Positions 1 to 10,346 of a DNA stretch of 64,000 bases are shown piece after piece. The notes beneath the pieces are model-generated. The model did not search any database. It was not told where the DNA came from and saw nothing but the letters and a program-made list of their open reading frames with translations. Location of the stretch: positions 192,001 to 256,000 of the forward strand of contig OZ242376.1 of the NCBI GenBank assembly GCA_965209085.1, in the 5' to 3' direction. The stretch is from Nitrosopumilaceae archaeon (GTDB lineage: Archaea; Thermoproteota; Nitrososphaeria; Nitrososphaerales; Nitrosopumilaceae). Each line of letters opens with the position of its first letter. Positions within the stretch are counted from its first letter, which is position 1. A program made the position numbers and the translations under genes.

Positions 1-1
1 G

Positions 2-919
2 GGTCTGGCAATAGATACCGAAGCGGGATCCCTCTCAGATGTCTCAGCCGGTCTGGCCGAGGCCATCTCATTTGGAGGCAGAATATCCATAGGAAAGGGT
101 CATTTTTCCACACGCGGCATATCCAACAAAACCCAAAAAGGCTCCGAGTTACCGGCTCAAAAACTTGAATCCATAACGATAAACCTGCCCCGCTTGGCTT
201 TTGAGGCAAACAAGGATGAGACCTATTTTAGAGCAAGACTTGCCATGCTGGTAACTCCGGCATTTGCAGCCATGGCTCAGCGCAAAAAAGACGTATCGGA
301 TATGACTAGACGCGGTTTAAACCCCATCATGTCAAAGAACACCCAGTATATGCAAAGAGGATCTTCAACACTGGTACTCAACCTAGTCGGTCTGCATGAG
401 GCAGTTTACAACATACTTGGCATCAACAATGAGAAAAAATGCCAAAGTATAATGTACAAAGTACTGGAAACGGCAGTAGATCGCGCCAAAAAAGAGGGTA
501 AAATACTTGGTGAAAATATTCATGTATCCATGACCGAAAATGACGGAACATCAAGATTTATCGTCCTAGATTCGGAAAAATATGGGAAAAATTCAGCTAT
601 TAGAGATTTAACTGACGAATCATACTCGGAGGGATTAGTATTGGACGGATCTAAAGCGAAAGAGTTTACCGATCATAGTGGAGAGATCGTACAGTGCAAT
701 AAAACACATAAACTGCTCAACGGAGGAATGCTCATCAGACTCCAGATCCCAAAAGATGCTGATGTTGCATCAATCAAGAGCACGATCGAAAAATTGTCAA
801 TTCTATTGCCATTTTTCAGATCGGATAAACACGTTTCCATGTGTGGCGAATGCGGTTACAAGGATTCTGCCCTTGAATTAAAATGTCCAAAGTGCAAATC
901 CCCGTACATTGTCCAATAA
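2..919 (+). CDS. NrdD-like (class III ribonucleotide reductase fold) protein, 5'-truncated by the window, lacking the C-terminal glycyl-radical loop
   Basis: Frame open from base 2. NrdD-like motifs TINLPRLA, LVGLHEAV and NGG, plus a terminal CxxC...CPxC zinc ribbon. Stops before any RxxGY motif. Confidence 0.75.
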   Translation, partial: GLAIDTEAGSLSDVSAGLAEAISFGGRISIGKGHFSTRGISNKTQKGSELPAQKLESITINLPRLAFEANKDETYFRARLAMLVTPAFAAMAQRKKDVSDMTRRGLNPIMSKNTQYMQRGSSTLVLNLVGLHEAVYNILGINNEKKCQSIMYKVLETAVDRAKKEGKILGENIHVSMTENDGTSRFIVLDSEKYGKNSAIRDLTDESYSEGLVLDGSKAKEFTDHSGEIVQCNKTHKLLNGGMLIRLQIPKDADVASIKSTIEKLSILLPFFRSDKHVSMCGECGYKDSALELKCPKCKSPYIVQ

Positions 920-923
920 CTCA

Positions 924-1016
924 GATCTAGATCGATAATTTACCGATCACGAATTCTACCTACCCCTCAATTCTCAATTAACGGCATCGATCAAAATCAT
1001 CTAAAAATAATTGATC
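924..1016. repeat. GATC cluster upstream of nrdJ
   Basis: GATC at 924, 930, 945, 989 and 1013, plus 1091 in codon 2. Confidence 0.7.
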
Positions 1017-1087
1017 ATTTGTGAACCAAAAACCGACCAAATTTTTATAACCACCCAAGTTTAAACAATAATTGGTGCAGTTATAAC

Positions 1088-3745
1088 GTGGATCATTCAT
1101 CAACTATTGAAGCAAATATCGCCTCTATAAAGAAAAGAAGCGGATCCATGGTCTCATTTAACCTCGAACAGGTCTCAGCTGCGATATACAAGGCTCTCTC
1201 TGCAACTGGTAAATCTAATAGAGATCTGGCAGGCGATATATCAAAAAATGTCCTAAGTGAGCTAACCGGACACGGATTCTCCTCGTCCAATCCTCCTACC
1301 GTGGAGGACATACAGGATGTGGTTGAATCCACACTAATCGATCTTGGTCACAGCGAAGCTGCAAAAGCGTTCATTCTGTACAGACACGAACGACGCAAGC
1401 TTCGTGAGGCAAAAATGAAGGTGTTAAACACTAGCACTTTGGACGCTGTGGCAAAAGCATTTGACATAAACTGCCTAAAAATTCTAGCTTCACGTTATCT
1501 ATTGCGAAACAACAAGGGCGATATAACAGAAAGTCCGGAACAAATGTTCCAACGGGTTGCCATGCTAATTACCGTGGGCGACATTTTATACGATTCGGAG
1601 ATCTTTGATGGTACAGGAAACATAGCACAGGATACTGCGGTGGCAGAATCATATTATTCAAAACTGGACAGCTTTGATTTTAAATTCAAAATTGGAGAAC
1701 ATTACCTGAACAAATACCATTTCCGTTCATTCATAGGTCATTACATAACACTTGCAAATAAAGGACACATGAAAGTGGACTTTAAACAGCTTTTGACAAT
1801 GCTGGTTGCCAAAAAATTTGATTCGTATGCGGCAAGACTGGACGAATATACAAAAATGATGACCGCGCAAAACTTTCTTCCAAACTCTCCAACAATGATG
1901 AATGCCGGCGCAAGATTGGGCCAGCTATCCGCGTGTTTTGTACTGGATATGCAAGATGACATGGCAAAAATAATGAAATCAACCACGGATGCGGCTCTAA
2001 TCTTCAAATCTGGTGGCGGTGTCGGAATAAATTACTCGTCCCTGCGGCAGGAAGGCGATATCGTAGCATCCACTTCAGGCGTAGCTTCAGGACCTGTCTC
2101 ATTCATGAACATCATAAACACCGTAACAGAGGTGGTAAAACAGGGAGGTAAGCGCCGTGGAGCAAATATGGGAATCATGGAGGTATGGCACCCTGATATT
2201 GAAAAATTCATCACACACAAGACAGAGCCGGGAAATCTTGAAAACTTTAACGTCAGTATAGGCATTTGGGAAGACTTTTGGAAGGCACTTGTTGATTCTG
2301 AAGACGGCAAATATGCTCTGCGCAACGTAAAGGACAGGTCTCCTATACGGGAGATAAACGCACACCAGTTGATGGACGTTATTGCAATGTCCGCATGGAA
2401 GAGTGGAGAACCGGGACTGATATTCCTTGATCAAATAAACAAATACAATGTATTTGCCAAAGCCCGTGGCGGCCCGATACGTGCAACAAATCCATGCGGC
2501 GAACAAAGTCTGTATCCATACGAATCCTGCAATTTGGGATCGATAAACCTTGCAAATTTGGTAAAGCGTACCGCCAATGGCCAGTATGAGTTTGATTGGC
2601 AAGGATATGAGGAACTTATCCGCAAAACTACAAGATATTTGGACAACGTTATAGACGTAAACCTTTATCCTGTTGATGAGATTGATCGCGCATCCAAAGA
2701 ATCACGACGTATAGGACTGGGAGTAATGGGAGTTGCGGATCTGTTATACAAACTGCGCATACCTTACAATTCAAAACAAGGATACGATCTCCAGTCAAAA
2801 CTTGCAGAGACACTCACATATTATTCAATGGAAGAGAGCGTGGCACTTGCAAAATCGCGCGGCGCTTTCCCGCTGTGTTCAAAGACCGAATACGCCGATG
2901 GCAAAATTCCGGTAGCTGGCTATTATGAGATTCCAAAAGATCAACACATCTATGACTGGGATGCACTGATTGCAAAAATAAAGACGCACGGAATACGCAA
3001 CGTGCTGACAACCACGGTTGCCCCAACCGGCACACTCTCCATGATAGCTGACTGTACAAACGGCATGGAGCCTACATTTGCACTGGTATTTGAAAAACGC
3101 GTGACAGTGGGACGATTTTTCTATACAAACAAAATTATCGAGCAAATGCTAAAGGACGAAAAAGTCTACAACGACGAAATTTTGGAAAAAATTGCAGACA
3201 ACTATGGATCTTTGCGCGGTATAGAAGGCGTTCCTGAATGGATGCAAAATATCTACATTACGGCAATGGATATACACTGGTCCGATCACCTGATGGCACA
3301 GGCTGTCTGGCAAAAGTGGATAGGCAACGCAATTGCAAAGACAATCAACATGCCGTACGATGCAACCACAGAAGACGTTAAAGCCGCCTATCTTTTGGCA
3401 CACGAACTTGGACTAAAGGGCATTACAGTCTACAGGGACGGTTCAAGGCACAAACAGGTACTGCACATGACCAGCGATAAAGCGAAAAAAACCTTTGATG
3501 TAAAACCCAGCAAACATGTCGTGGAATTTATCAAATCAACGATTACCAACAAGTATATTCTAAAACACGTTATTGCCGCATTAAACACCCCGATTTCAGA
3601 CGATCGTATAACCGAACATATTCCACAAACGTTGGAAGACATTCCAGAAGACTCTTTGTGTCCAACATGCAAAAGCATACTTATCTTTTCTGAAGGATGC
3701 AGCACCTGCATTGAATGCGGTCACAGCGGATGCACATCGGGCTAA
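1088..3745 (+). CDS. nrdJ: Adenosylcobalamin-dependent (class II) ribonucleotide reductase with N-terminal ATP cone
   Basis: ATP cone (IKKRSG...VEDIQDVVE), PNSPT, LSACF, TNPCGEQ catalytic motif, APTGT and C-terminal Cys pairs. Confidence 0.95.
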   Translation: MDHSSTIEANIASIKKRSGSMVSFNLEQVSAAIYKALSATGKSNRDLAGDISKNVLSELTGHGFSSSNPPTVEDIQDVVESTLIDLGHSEAAKAFILYRHERRKLREAKMKVLNTSTLDAVAKAFDINCLKILASRYLLRNNKGDITESPEQMFQRVAMLITVGDILYDSEIFDGTGNIAQDTAVAESYYSKLDSFDFKFKIGEHYLNKYHFRSFIGHYITLANKGHMKVDFKQLLTMLVAKKFDSYAARLDEYTKMMTAQNFLPNSPTMMNAGARLGQLSACFVLDMQDDMAKIMKSTTDAALIFKSGGGVGINYSSLRQEGDIVASTSGVASGPVSFMNIINTVTEVVKQGGKRRGANMGIMEVWHPDIEKFITHKTEPGNLENFNVSIGIWEDFWKALVDSEDGKYALRNVKDRSPIREINAHQLMDVIAMSAWKSGEPGLIFLDQINKYNVFAKARGGPIRATNPCGEQSLYPYESCNLGSINLANLVKRTANGQYEFDWQGYEELIRKTTRYLDNVIDVNLYPVDEIDRASKESRRIGLGVMGVADLLYKLRIPYNSKQGYDLQSKLAETLTYYSMEESVALAKSRGAFPLCSKTEYADGKIPVAGYYEIPKDQHIYDWDALIAKIKTHGIRNVLTTTVAPTGTLSMIADCTNGMEPTFALVFEKRVTVGRFFYTNKIIEQMLKDEKVYNDEILEKIADNYGSLRGIEGVPEWMQNIYITAMDIHWSDHLMAQAVWQKWIGNAIAKTINMPYDATTEDVKAAYLLAHELGLKGITVYRDGSRHKQVLHMTSDKAKKTFDVKPSKHVVEFIKSTITNKYILKHVIAALNTPISDDRITEHIPQTLEDIPEDSLCPTCKSILIFSEGCSTCIECGHSGCTSG

Positions 3746-3763
3746 CCGTACCCCCTGATCCAA

Positions 3764-4441
3764 ATGCTTTCCCTAATAATTGCCGAATCCGCACTTGAGA
3801 GGATACCTGCGGTAATAACTGGTCATCCGTCAGTCACTTCTGTTGCAAAAAAATTCGGCAAATATCCCGGACGTATGATGCTTGACAAATCGTGGCATTT
3901 TAGCGCCATGCTGTCCATGGAAAACAAAGAGCGGCGCGGCCGTCCGGACATAGCGCATTTGTGCATGCTGATCGCGTGTGGAACGCCGTTGTACATGAAG
4001 GATCTGCTGCGCGTATACGTGCATACGGTCACCGATAAAGTAATCGAGATTGGTTCTGGAGTGCGCATGCCAAAATCATATCACAGATTTACCGGACTGA
4101 TGGAAGATCTGTATCTGGAAGGAAAAATAACGGATGATTCAGGACGCATACTTGCAGAGATAACGGACTGTGATTTTACAACATTAATTGAGACAATCGA
4201 GCCGGACGTTTTAATCGGAATGTCTACTGCCGGAAGTTCGGGCACATACGGGAGCATAGCTGCCAGATTTGATGAACACAATGACGGCTGCATCGTAATT
4301 GGAGGATTCCCAAAGGGACATTTTAGCGACAAGGTGGCCCAAAATCTTGAAGAGATATACTGCATACCTGGAGGTTCGCAGGAGACGCACGTGATTCTTT
4401 CAAGAATTCTCTACGAATGTGAGTGCCGTGTATTGCAGTAA
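3764..4441 (+). CDS. nep1: 16S rRNA pseudouridine N1-methyltransferase Nep1/Emg1 (SPOUT)
   Basis: AESALE, RGRPDIAH, R.PKSY.RF.GLM and IGGFPKGHF motifs. Confidence 0.92.
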   Translation: MLSLIIAESALERIPAVITGHPSVTSVAKKFGKYPGRMMLDKSWHFSAMLSMENKERRGRPDIAHLCMLIACGTPLYMKDLLRVYVHTVTDKVIEIGSGVRMPKSYHRFTGLMEDLYLEGKITDDSGRILAEITDCDFTTLIETIEPDVLIGMSTAGSSGTYGSIAARFDEHNDGCIVIGGFPKGHFSDKVAQNLEEIYCIPGGSQETHVILSRILYECECRVLQ

Positions 4442-4500
4442 AATCCGTATAGATTTGACGGATGACCATTTTTATTTAGGAAAATGGTGTGGCGTCTCGT

Positions 4501-4576
4501 GCGGTCATAGTATAGCCTGGTAGTACGCTGGCTTTCCAAGCCCGTTACCCGGGTTCGAATCCCGGTGACCGCACCA
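4501..4576 (+). tRNA. tRNA-Gly(TCC), CCA encoded
   Basis: Acceptor GCGGTCA/TGACCGC, anticodon loop TT-TCC-AA, T arm CCGGG-TTCGAAT-CCCGG. Confidence 0.93.
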
Positions 4577-4621
4577 TCAAATCCGCGCAATTATTTAATA
4601 CAATATTGCAGATAAAATAAC

Positions 4622-7600
4622 GTGGTATATGAGATCCTCACCTCCCTGATTCTGCCGCTGCTGATTGCAGCAGCTGGGATATCTGCGGACATGCCTGCAT
4701 CCGAATCCGTCCATGAGGCGCACCATACGTCAATAATTCAGATTCCAAAACCGGACGGCACGCAGTACTGGAGGTACATAGTATCCGGAGCCGGAGAATC
4801 CAATCTTTTAGGCGCATTTGATGAGCAACAGGCCGCACAGATGCGCGCCAAAGGATACCAGGTGCTGCCAGATTCCATGGTTACCTTGCATGATGAACAA
4901 AAACCTGAAACATCAGCACACCTGATGCAGCGTCTGCAGACGCATGAAAAATACAACGGTACGGGCATTACTGTTGCAATAATCGATTCGGGGGTGGATT
5001 TTTCAAATACTGACATACGCAGTTCTTTGGCGCGCGATGAATCCGGATTTCCGATAATGTTGGATGCTGACGGTCAGGGTTTAGTACTGACGAACATTAC
5101 TTTTGCATCGGATATAGACAGATATGGAAAAATAAAAGCTCCGCTGAAAACTCCCGAGAATGCAACTTCAAACGTATACCTGTCCGGCGATGGCGTATTT
5201 CTTAATATGAATCAAAACGGCGCAGGAACCCGTGTCCATGTGTATAACGGACTGTATCCGTACAACGATCTGGAGCCGGTCTTCAACGCCACCGTATACA
5301 ACGACATGAAGATTGGAAAAAATTCCCGCGATTATATCATCTCAAAGAGCGGAATATACCATTTGGGATTTCTTTACCAGCCGGGAATACATTACGAGTC
5401 GGATCATCGGGTGCAGGTTGTTCCGATGCTGGTGGTGGATTCTGAAACTGCCGGAGTGTACGATACGGTAATACCTGACATGTCAACTTCATGGAAAGAC
5501 TATAACAATCCCTCATCATTTGGCATAACCGGATATGATTTTGATTTTACCGACGAGCGTCCAATACAGCTGGGCAATGGCGAGGAATTTCTCGTATATG
5601 ATGCAGACGATGACGGCATCGACGATTACAGCGCAGGCGTTCTAGGAGCCCGCGTGGTTGACGTATTTGGCGTAATCGGGGATGAAAAATCTGAAATTCT
5701 AGACTCTGGCGCGGCAAACGGAACTCTTTTGCCGGCAATGGATGATGCAGGAGAATTTCTTGGCGTAATGTCTGATGTGTCAGGACACGGTTCGCTGTGC
5801 GCTGCCACAATAGTTTCCTCAGGTGAGAGAATGTACGATATTTACGGAAACGGAACAGAGTATTCCATACGCGGAGTCGCCCCGGGCGCCTCTATCATAC
5901 CGATAAAATCCCTATGGCAGGGTAACATACAGTATAGTGTCATGTGGGCTGTAGGTTTTGAGAGCACGGGGAACGGATGGGAGTATTCGGGAAAACCCAA
6001 GGCGGAGATCGTATCAAACAGCTGGGGGATTCCTGCCTTTCCGGCAACCGGCAGTGTCCCAGGTCTTGATGATATCTCGATAATATACGGCTCAGCTGCA
6101 CTGCCCGGTTCACTGCATCCGGATCACCCCGGTTCCATAATGATATCCAGTTCGGGAAACGACGGACACGGTTACGGCTCGATTGCAATTCCGGCAGCAT
6201 CGCCGTTTGTAACTACGGTGGGTGCTACAACAAGCAACGTTTACGTGGGTTATGGTGAAATAATGGGGCAGCCGCGGTTTGGCAATACGACATCCAACGG
6301 AGGCGACATTGCCCATTTTTCAAGCCGCGGACCTGGCATAATAGCGGATCCAAAACCAAACATAATGGCCACGGGTGCGTACGCGTTTGTACCAGTTCCT
6401 GTAACCAAACCGATGAATAATGAAAATGATGGGGACTTTGAGATCTTTGGAGGTACAAGCATGGCAGCTCCGATTGTTGCCGGAGCTGCAGCAGTCCTGA
6501 TGCAGGCTGTATTTGAAGGCGGCGAGCAGTACAATCCGTTTTTGATAAAAAATATTCTTGCATCAACTGCGGATGATGCAAACAACGATCCGTTCGTACA
6601 GGGTTCGGGAACAGTAAACGTCTCAAGAGCGGTGGAATTTGCAACAGGAGGCAGCGGATCATTTCTAATATACAACGATGCAACGTATTCAAACCTGCTT
6701 GAATTCCTAGAACCTGCATACGAATCATTCAACCTCACAGAATACCATCTAAAACGCGCGCATCTTACAGACCGTCCGCTGCAGCAGTACGAATGGTTTG
6801 CCGGACACCTGCTTGCCGGAGATCGCAGTTCTGCAATTTTTACCGTGGAAAACCCCTCTAATTTGTCCCAGACGCTTCAAATCATGCCTGTGCACTCTGT
6901 ACTGATTGAGGAGAGCTCGTACAACGGAACCACCCAGACGCGCCTCAAAGATACGGTAATCCAAGACGAGGATGCGTTTGCATCCCAGTACGTTCTGCTA
7001 TCGGACGTACGAGAACATTCAAAGATTGCGGATTATTTTGCGCCCCAGGAGATACCTGGGAGTGCAAACCTGCTGATACTGCACCTGCGTTTTGCATTTG
7101 ATGATTTCTTAAACCAGACGGATACGCTGTATGCGGACAAAACGCAGATTGCCTCGCTTTACCTGTACGATTGGATGGATTACAACAATGATACAATCAT
7201 AGCCAGCGATGAGATCTCTTTGATAAACAGGGGTGCATCATGGGGCAATGTTCAGGAAATGCGCGTGGGAAATCCTGCGTCCCGGTTTGAAGGCACGCCG
7301 GTTGTGGGGATTTTTGCACCGCCGCAAATCTATTCGTACTGGAAGGGAATCACAGAGGAGAATGCAACGCTGATGAATTACACCATCACGGCACAATACT
7401 ATCGGCACGAGAGATGGAACGATGTCTGGCTTGAAGACAGCATACTGGAGGTTCCTGCAAAAGGATCCGCATCATTGCGCGCCACTCTAATAGTTCCGTA
7501 TGAAAGTCAGACCGGTGCATACCAGGGTGCGTTAAAATTCCAAAATGACGGGCGTGCTGCAATAGTGCCGGTCAGCTATGCGGTAAAAAAACAAATCGAG

Positions 7601-8080
7601 ACGGACATGACTGTCACAGTACAAGGCATGCACGGGGGACTTTTGTTTGATGCGCAGAATTTGGATGGTGCAACATCGTTTGCCAGCAACTATGCGTCAG
7701 GAGGATGGAGGCAGTTTTACTTTGAGGTAAGCGATCCGGAGATAACTCTGGGATCTGCATACGTATCCTGGAAAGATCCCGGAACACAGGTTACCGTCTA
7801 TGCGGTGGATCCTTTGGGCAATATTGCCGCCTCTACTGCGGATCCGGGAGCATACGAGGAGCTTGACAACTCTGTAAGCTCTGATTGGCTAGGTCCTGGC
7901 ATCCTTGGCCGGGGCGGATTTTATCCGGTAACCAACATCAATTCCACGTCCGTTGGTCTGTACATTCCGATAAATCAAACCGGTACGTGGTCTCTTTTGA
8001 CGCATTCTGCCGTATACGGAGGCATGTACGCGGCAGAACCCGTTGATCTTTTGCTTAAATTTACAAACCTGCACAAATAA
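4622..8080 (+). CDS. Secreted S8 (subtilisin-like) serine peptidase
   Basis: Signal peptide. Catalytic triad IIDSG, GHGS and GTSMAAP, with oxyanion SSGN. Confidence 0.93.
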   Translation: MVYEILTSLILPLLIAAAGISADMPASESVHEAHHTSIIQIPKPDGTQYWRYIVSGAGESNLLGAFDEQQAAQMRAKGYQVLPDSMVTLHDEQKPETSAHLMQRLQTHEKYNGTGITVAIIDSGVDFSNTDIRSSLARDESGFPIMLDADGQGLVLTNITFASDIDRYGKIKAPLKTPENATSNVYLSGDGVFLNMNQNGAGTRVHVYNGLYPYNDLEPVFNATVYNDMKIGKNSRDYIISKSGIYHLGFLYQPGIHYESDHRVQVVPMLVVDSETAGVYDTVIPDMSTSWKDYNNPSSFGITGYDFDFTDERPIQLGNGEEFLVYDADDDGIDDYSAGVLGARVVDVFGVIGDEKSEILDSGAANGTLLPAMDDAGEFLGVMSDVSGHGSLCAATIVSSGERMYDIYGNGTEYSIRGVAPGASIIPIKSLWQGNIQYSVMWAVGFESTGNGWEYSGKPKAEIVSNSWGIPAFPATGSVPGLDDISIIYGSAALPGSLHPDHPGSIMISSSGNDGHGYGSIAIPAASPFVTTVGATTSNVYVGYGEIMGQPRFGNTTSNGGDIAHFSSRGPGIIADPKPNIMATGAYAFVPVPVTKPMNNENDGDFEIFGGTSMAAPIVAGAAAVLMQAVFEGGEQYNPFLIKNILASTADDANNDPFVQGSGTVNVSRAVEFATGGSGSFLIYNDATYSNLLEFLEPAYESFNLTEYHLKRAHLTDRPLQQYEWFAGHLLAGDRSSAIFTVENPSNLSQTLQIMPVHSVLIEESSYNGTTQTRLKDTVIQDEDAFASQYVLLSDVREHSKIADYFAPQEIPGSANLLILHLRFAFDDFLNQTDTLYADKTQIASLYLYDWMDYNNDTIIASDEISLINRGASWGNVQEMRVGNPASRFEGTPVVGIFAPPQIYSYWKGITEENATLMNYTITAQYYRHERWNDVWLEDSILEVPAKGSASLRATLIVPYESQTGAYQGALKFQNDGRAAIVPVSYAVKKQIETDMTVTVQGMHGGLLFDAQNLDGATSFASNYASGGWRQFYFEVSDPEITLGSAYVSWKDPGTQVTVYAVDPLGNIAASTADPGAYEELDNSVSSDWLGPGILGRGGFYPVTNINSTSVGLYIPINQTGTWSLLTHSAVYGGMYAAEPVDLLLKFTNLHK

Positions 8081-8090
8081 TTTCAAATAA

Positions 8091-8100
8091 GGTTTATAAC
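8091..8100 (+). promoter_or_regulatory. TATA box of a leaderless Rieske-cytochrome b transcript
   Basis: GGTTTATAAC with an A-rich BRE, about 26 nt upstream of the ATG at 8126. Confidence 0.6.
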
Positions 8101-8125
8101 CAAACTGAAGGTTGTTAGTCAGTAT

Positions 8126-8734
8126 ATGACCGATCAAGAAGGCGTACAAAAAAGTGGTCTTTCTCGGCGTGATTTCTTAAAACTGATGGGAGCTGCAGGT
8201 ACGGGTCTTGCATTTGCACCGTTTGTTCCGTGGGGAAATTTTATGCCAAATCCCTCATCTGCTTCTCTTGAACGCGTTCTAGTAGAACTTCCTGACGGCA
8301 CGAATGCAAATGTCGTAACATTTCCAACAAACCATTCAGAAGTCATAACGTATCCGAAAACCGGAGACAGGGTTCTTGACGAGGAAGCGTTTCGCAAATG
8401 GCAGTTTATCAGACTTCCCGAAGGTCTTGGAGGGGGAGAACAAAACATATCCTCGTTTAGGGCATACAGCATGATCTGTCTGCATCTTTGGTGTCTGTGG
8501 AAATACTGGCCGCAGGTTGGTAGACAGCGCGGCGAATGTCCGTGTCATGGAAGCATATACGATCCTCTTACCGGCACGGCAATAGCGGGACCTGCATCAG
8601 TGCAGGCTGCACCGTCCAACACGCTTCCAAAACTTGACTTTGAACAGGATTCAGACGGTAACATATGGATATCTCCTCCGATTTGGGGTGTAAACGATAA
8701 TGGAGTTGTAGGATTTGGCCGTTTCATTAAGTAG
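8126..8734 (+). CDS. petC: Rieske 2Fe-2S subunit of complex III with Tat signal
   Basis: SRRDFLK twin-arginine motif; CLHLWC and CPCHGS ligands. Confidence 0.95.
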   Translation: MTDQEGVQKSGLSRRDFLKLMGAAGTGLAFAPFVPWGNFMPNPSSASLERVLVELPDGTNANVVTFPTNHSEVITYPKTGDRVLDEEAFRKWQFIRLPEGLGGGEQNISSFRAYSMICLHLWCLWKYWPQVGRQRGECPCHGSIYDPLTGTAIAGPASVQAAPSNTLPKLDFEQDSDGNIWISPPIWGVNDNGVVGFGRFIK

Positions 8735-10196
8735 AAGAACCGGCGCCGTTACCTTTTTGGCGTGGATATGGGACAGTCTTGATAGAACAATATTTACCGC
8801 AATAAAATTTTCATTCCCTGCCAGATTTGTCAGTCCGTTTGGATTTCTTGGAATGCTCACGTTTATTACATTTGTAATACTGGGCATAACTGGCGCATTG
8901 CTCATGTTTTATTACGAGCCCATACTTGACAGAGCTTGGGATAGCGTCGAATTTATCAACAACGACGTGCCGTACGGATTTCACATACGCAACATACACT
9001 ATCACGGCTCAAACGCCATGGTCTTGCTTGCCATGCTGCACATGTACTATCAGTATTTCAGCGGCAGGTACAAAATACGCAATGAAATACTCTGGGTTAC
9101 AGGCGTCATACTGGGAACGGTCACCATTTTGGAGGCGTTTACCGGATACGACATCATATTCAGCGAACGGGCCGAGCTTGCCATAAGCATAGCTGCATCG
9201 CTAACCAATTCCATACCTGTGGTAGGATCCCTCATACGGGAGACCATGTTTGGGAACGGATTCCACGACTTTGTGCTGCGTTTTTACGCCCAACACGTCT
9301 TCATTTTACCCCTGGTCATGCTGGGACTAATGGCGGTACACTTTCCCAGATTCCTGGTCTTTGATGTCCCAATGGTCATGGCAATATCCGGAGCCATACT
9401 AATCACCGGCGGCGTTTTTCCAATCGATCTTGGATTCAAGTTTGAACCCACGGTGCCGCCTGGCATAACGGTTCCAGAATGGTATCTGACCGCCCTTTAC
9501 GCGTTTCTTAGAACCCAGTACGACAAGTTTGTTACCGGCGTGCTCTGGCCCGGACTGTTTATACTCTCGCTGCTTTTGGTGCCGTTTATAGACAGGTATA
9601 AAAAATTCTCGTGGAAAGACCGCCCCATAATAACATCAATTGGCATAGTCGGAATTTCGCAAATCATGGTAACCACGTACTGGGGATTTTACATACCGTC
9701 GGATACTTCGCTTGCACTTGTGGAACGGCTCGTAATCGATCCAATATTCCTGTATCTTACGATGGTGATGCTAGTACCGTTGGGATTTGGATTCAGCTAC
9801 ATGATGATACATTTGGCAAAAGAATCCGAACGCAGGGCAAAGCTTGCAAAAAAAACCGGCCCGAAAAAAATTGCTACAATAGATATTTCTGACAAATGGC
9901 TCAACTGGGTCATAATAGCGATTATCGCGTTTCTGGTATTCCTAAACATAGCTGCCTACAATGCGGCTCTGACCGGATTCAAAAACCTCTCGCTGTTTTG
10001 GACCGGACTGATACTCTTTGTGTTTGCCGCATTCTTCCATGTGTATAGATACAGCATGAGCAGGGCAAAAAACGCTCCGCCACCTGTCCCTCCGTCAATA
10101 CAGGAGAGGCCCTTTGCGGATCATCTTGACAGCAAAGAGATGCCGCAGCTTGACGATCCGGGCAAAAAATCCGACGATGAAAAACCAAAAGAATGA
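8715..10196 (+). CDS. petB: Cytochrome b subunit of complex III
   Basis: Heme ligands RNIHYHGSN...LHM and QHVF...VH, the PEWY motif and many TM helices. TTG start overlaps petC. Confidence 0.95.
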   Translation: MAVSLSRRTGAVTFLAWIWDSLDRTIFTAIKFSFPARFVSPFGFLGMLTFITFVILGITGALLMFYYEPILDRAWDSVEFINNDVPYGFHIRNIHYHGSNAMVLLAMLHMYYQYFSGRYKIRNEILWVTGVILGTVTILEAFTGYDIIFSERAELAISIAASLTNSIPVVGSLIRETMFGNGFHDFVLRFYAQHVFILPLVMLGLMAVHFPRFLVFDVPMVMAISGAILITGGVFPIDLGFKFEPTVPPGITVPEWYLTALYAFLRTQYDKFVTGVLWPGLFILSLLLVPFIDRYKKFSWKDRPIITSIGIVGISQIMVTTYWGFYIPSDTSLALVERLVIDPIFLYLTMVMLVPLGFGFSYMMIHLAKESERRAKLAKKTGPKKIATIDISDKWLNWVIIAIIAFLVFLNIAAYNAALTGFKNLSLFWTGLILFVFAAFFHVYRYSMSRAKNAPPPVPPSIQERPFADHLDSKEMPQLDDPGKKSDDEKPKE

Positions 10197-10346
10197 TTGC
10201 ATGCGCAAATACACCGTTTAACATGATATCATAATGCAACCGGCCAAATCACTAATTCAGATCGTCATTTTATGTTTCACTGGTGTCATAAAGTATGCAA
10301 AATCAGTGTAAATATACTTTATATTTGCCATAATTGTCTAAAAATC

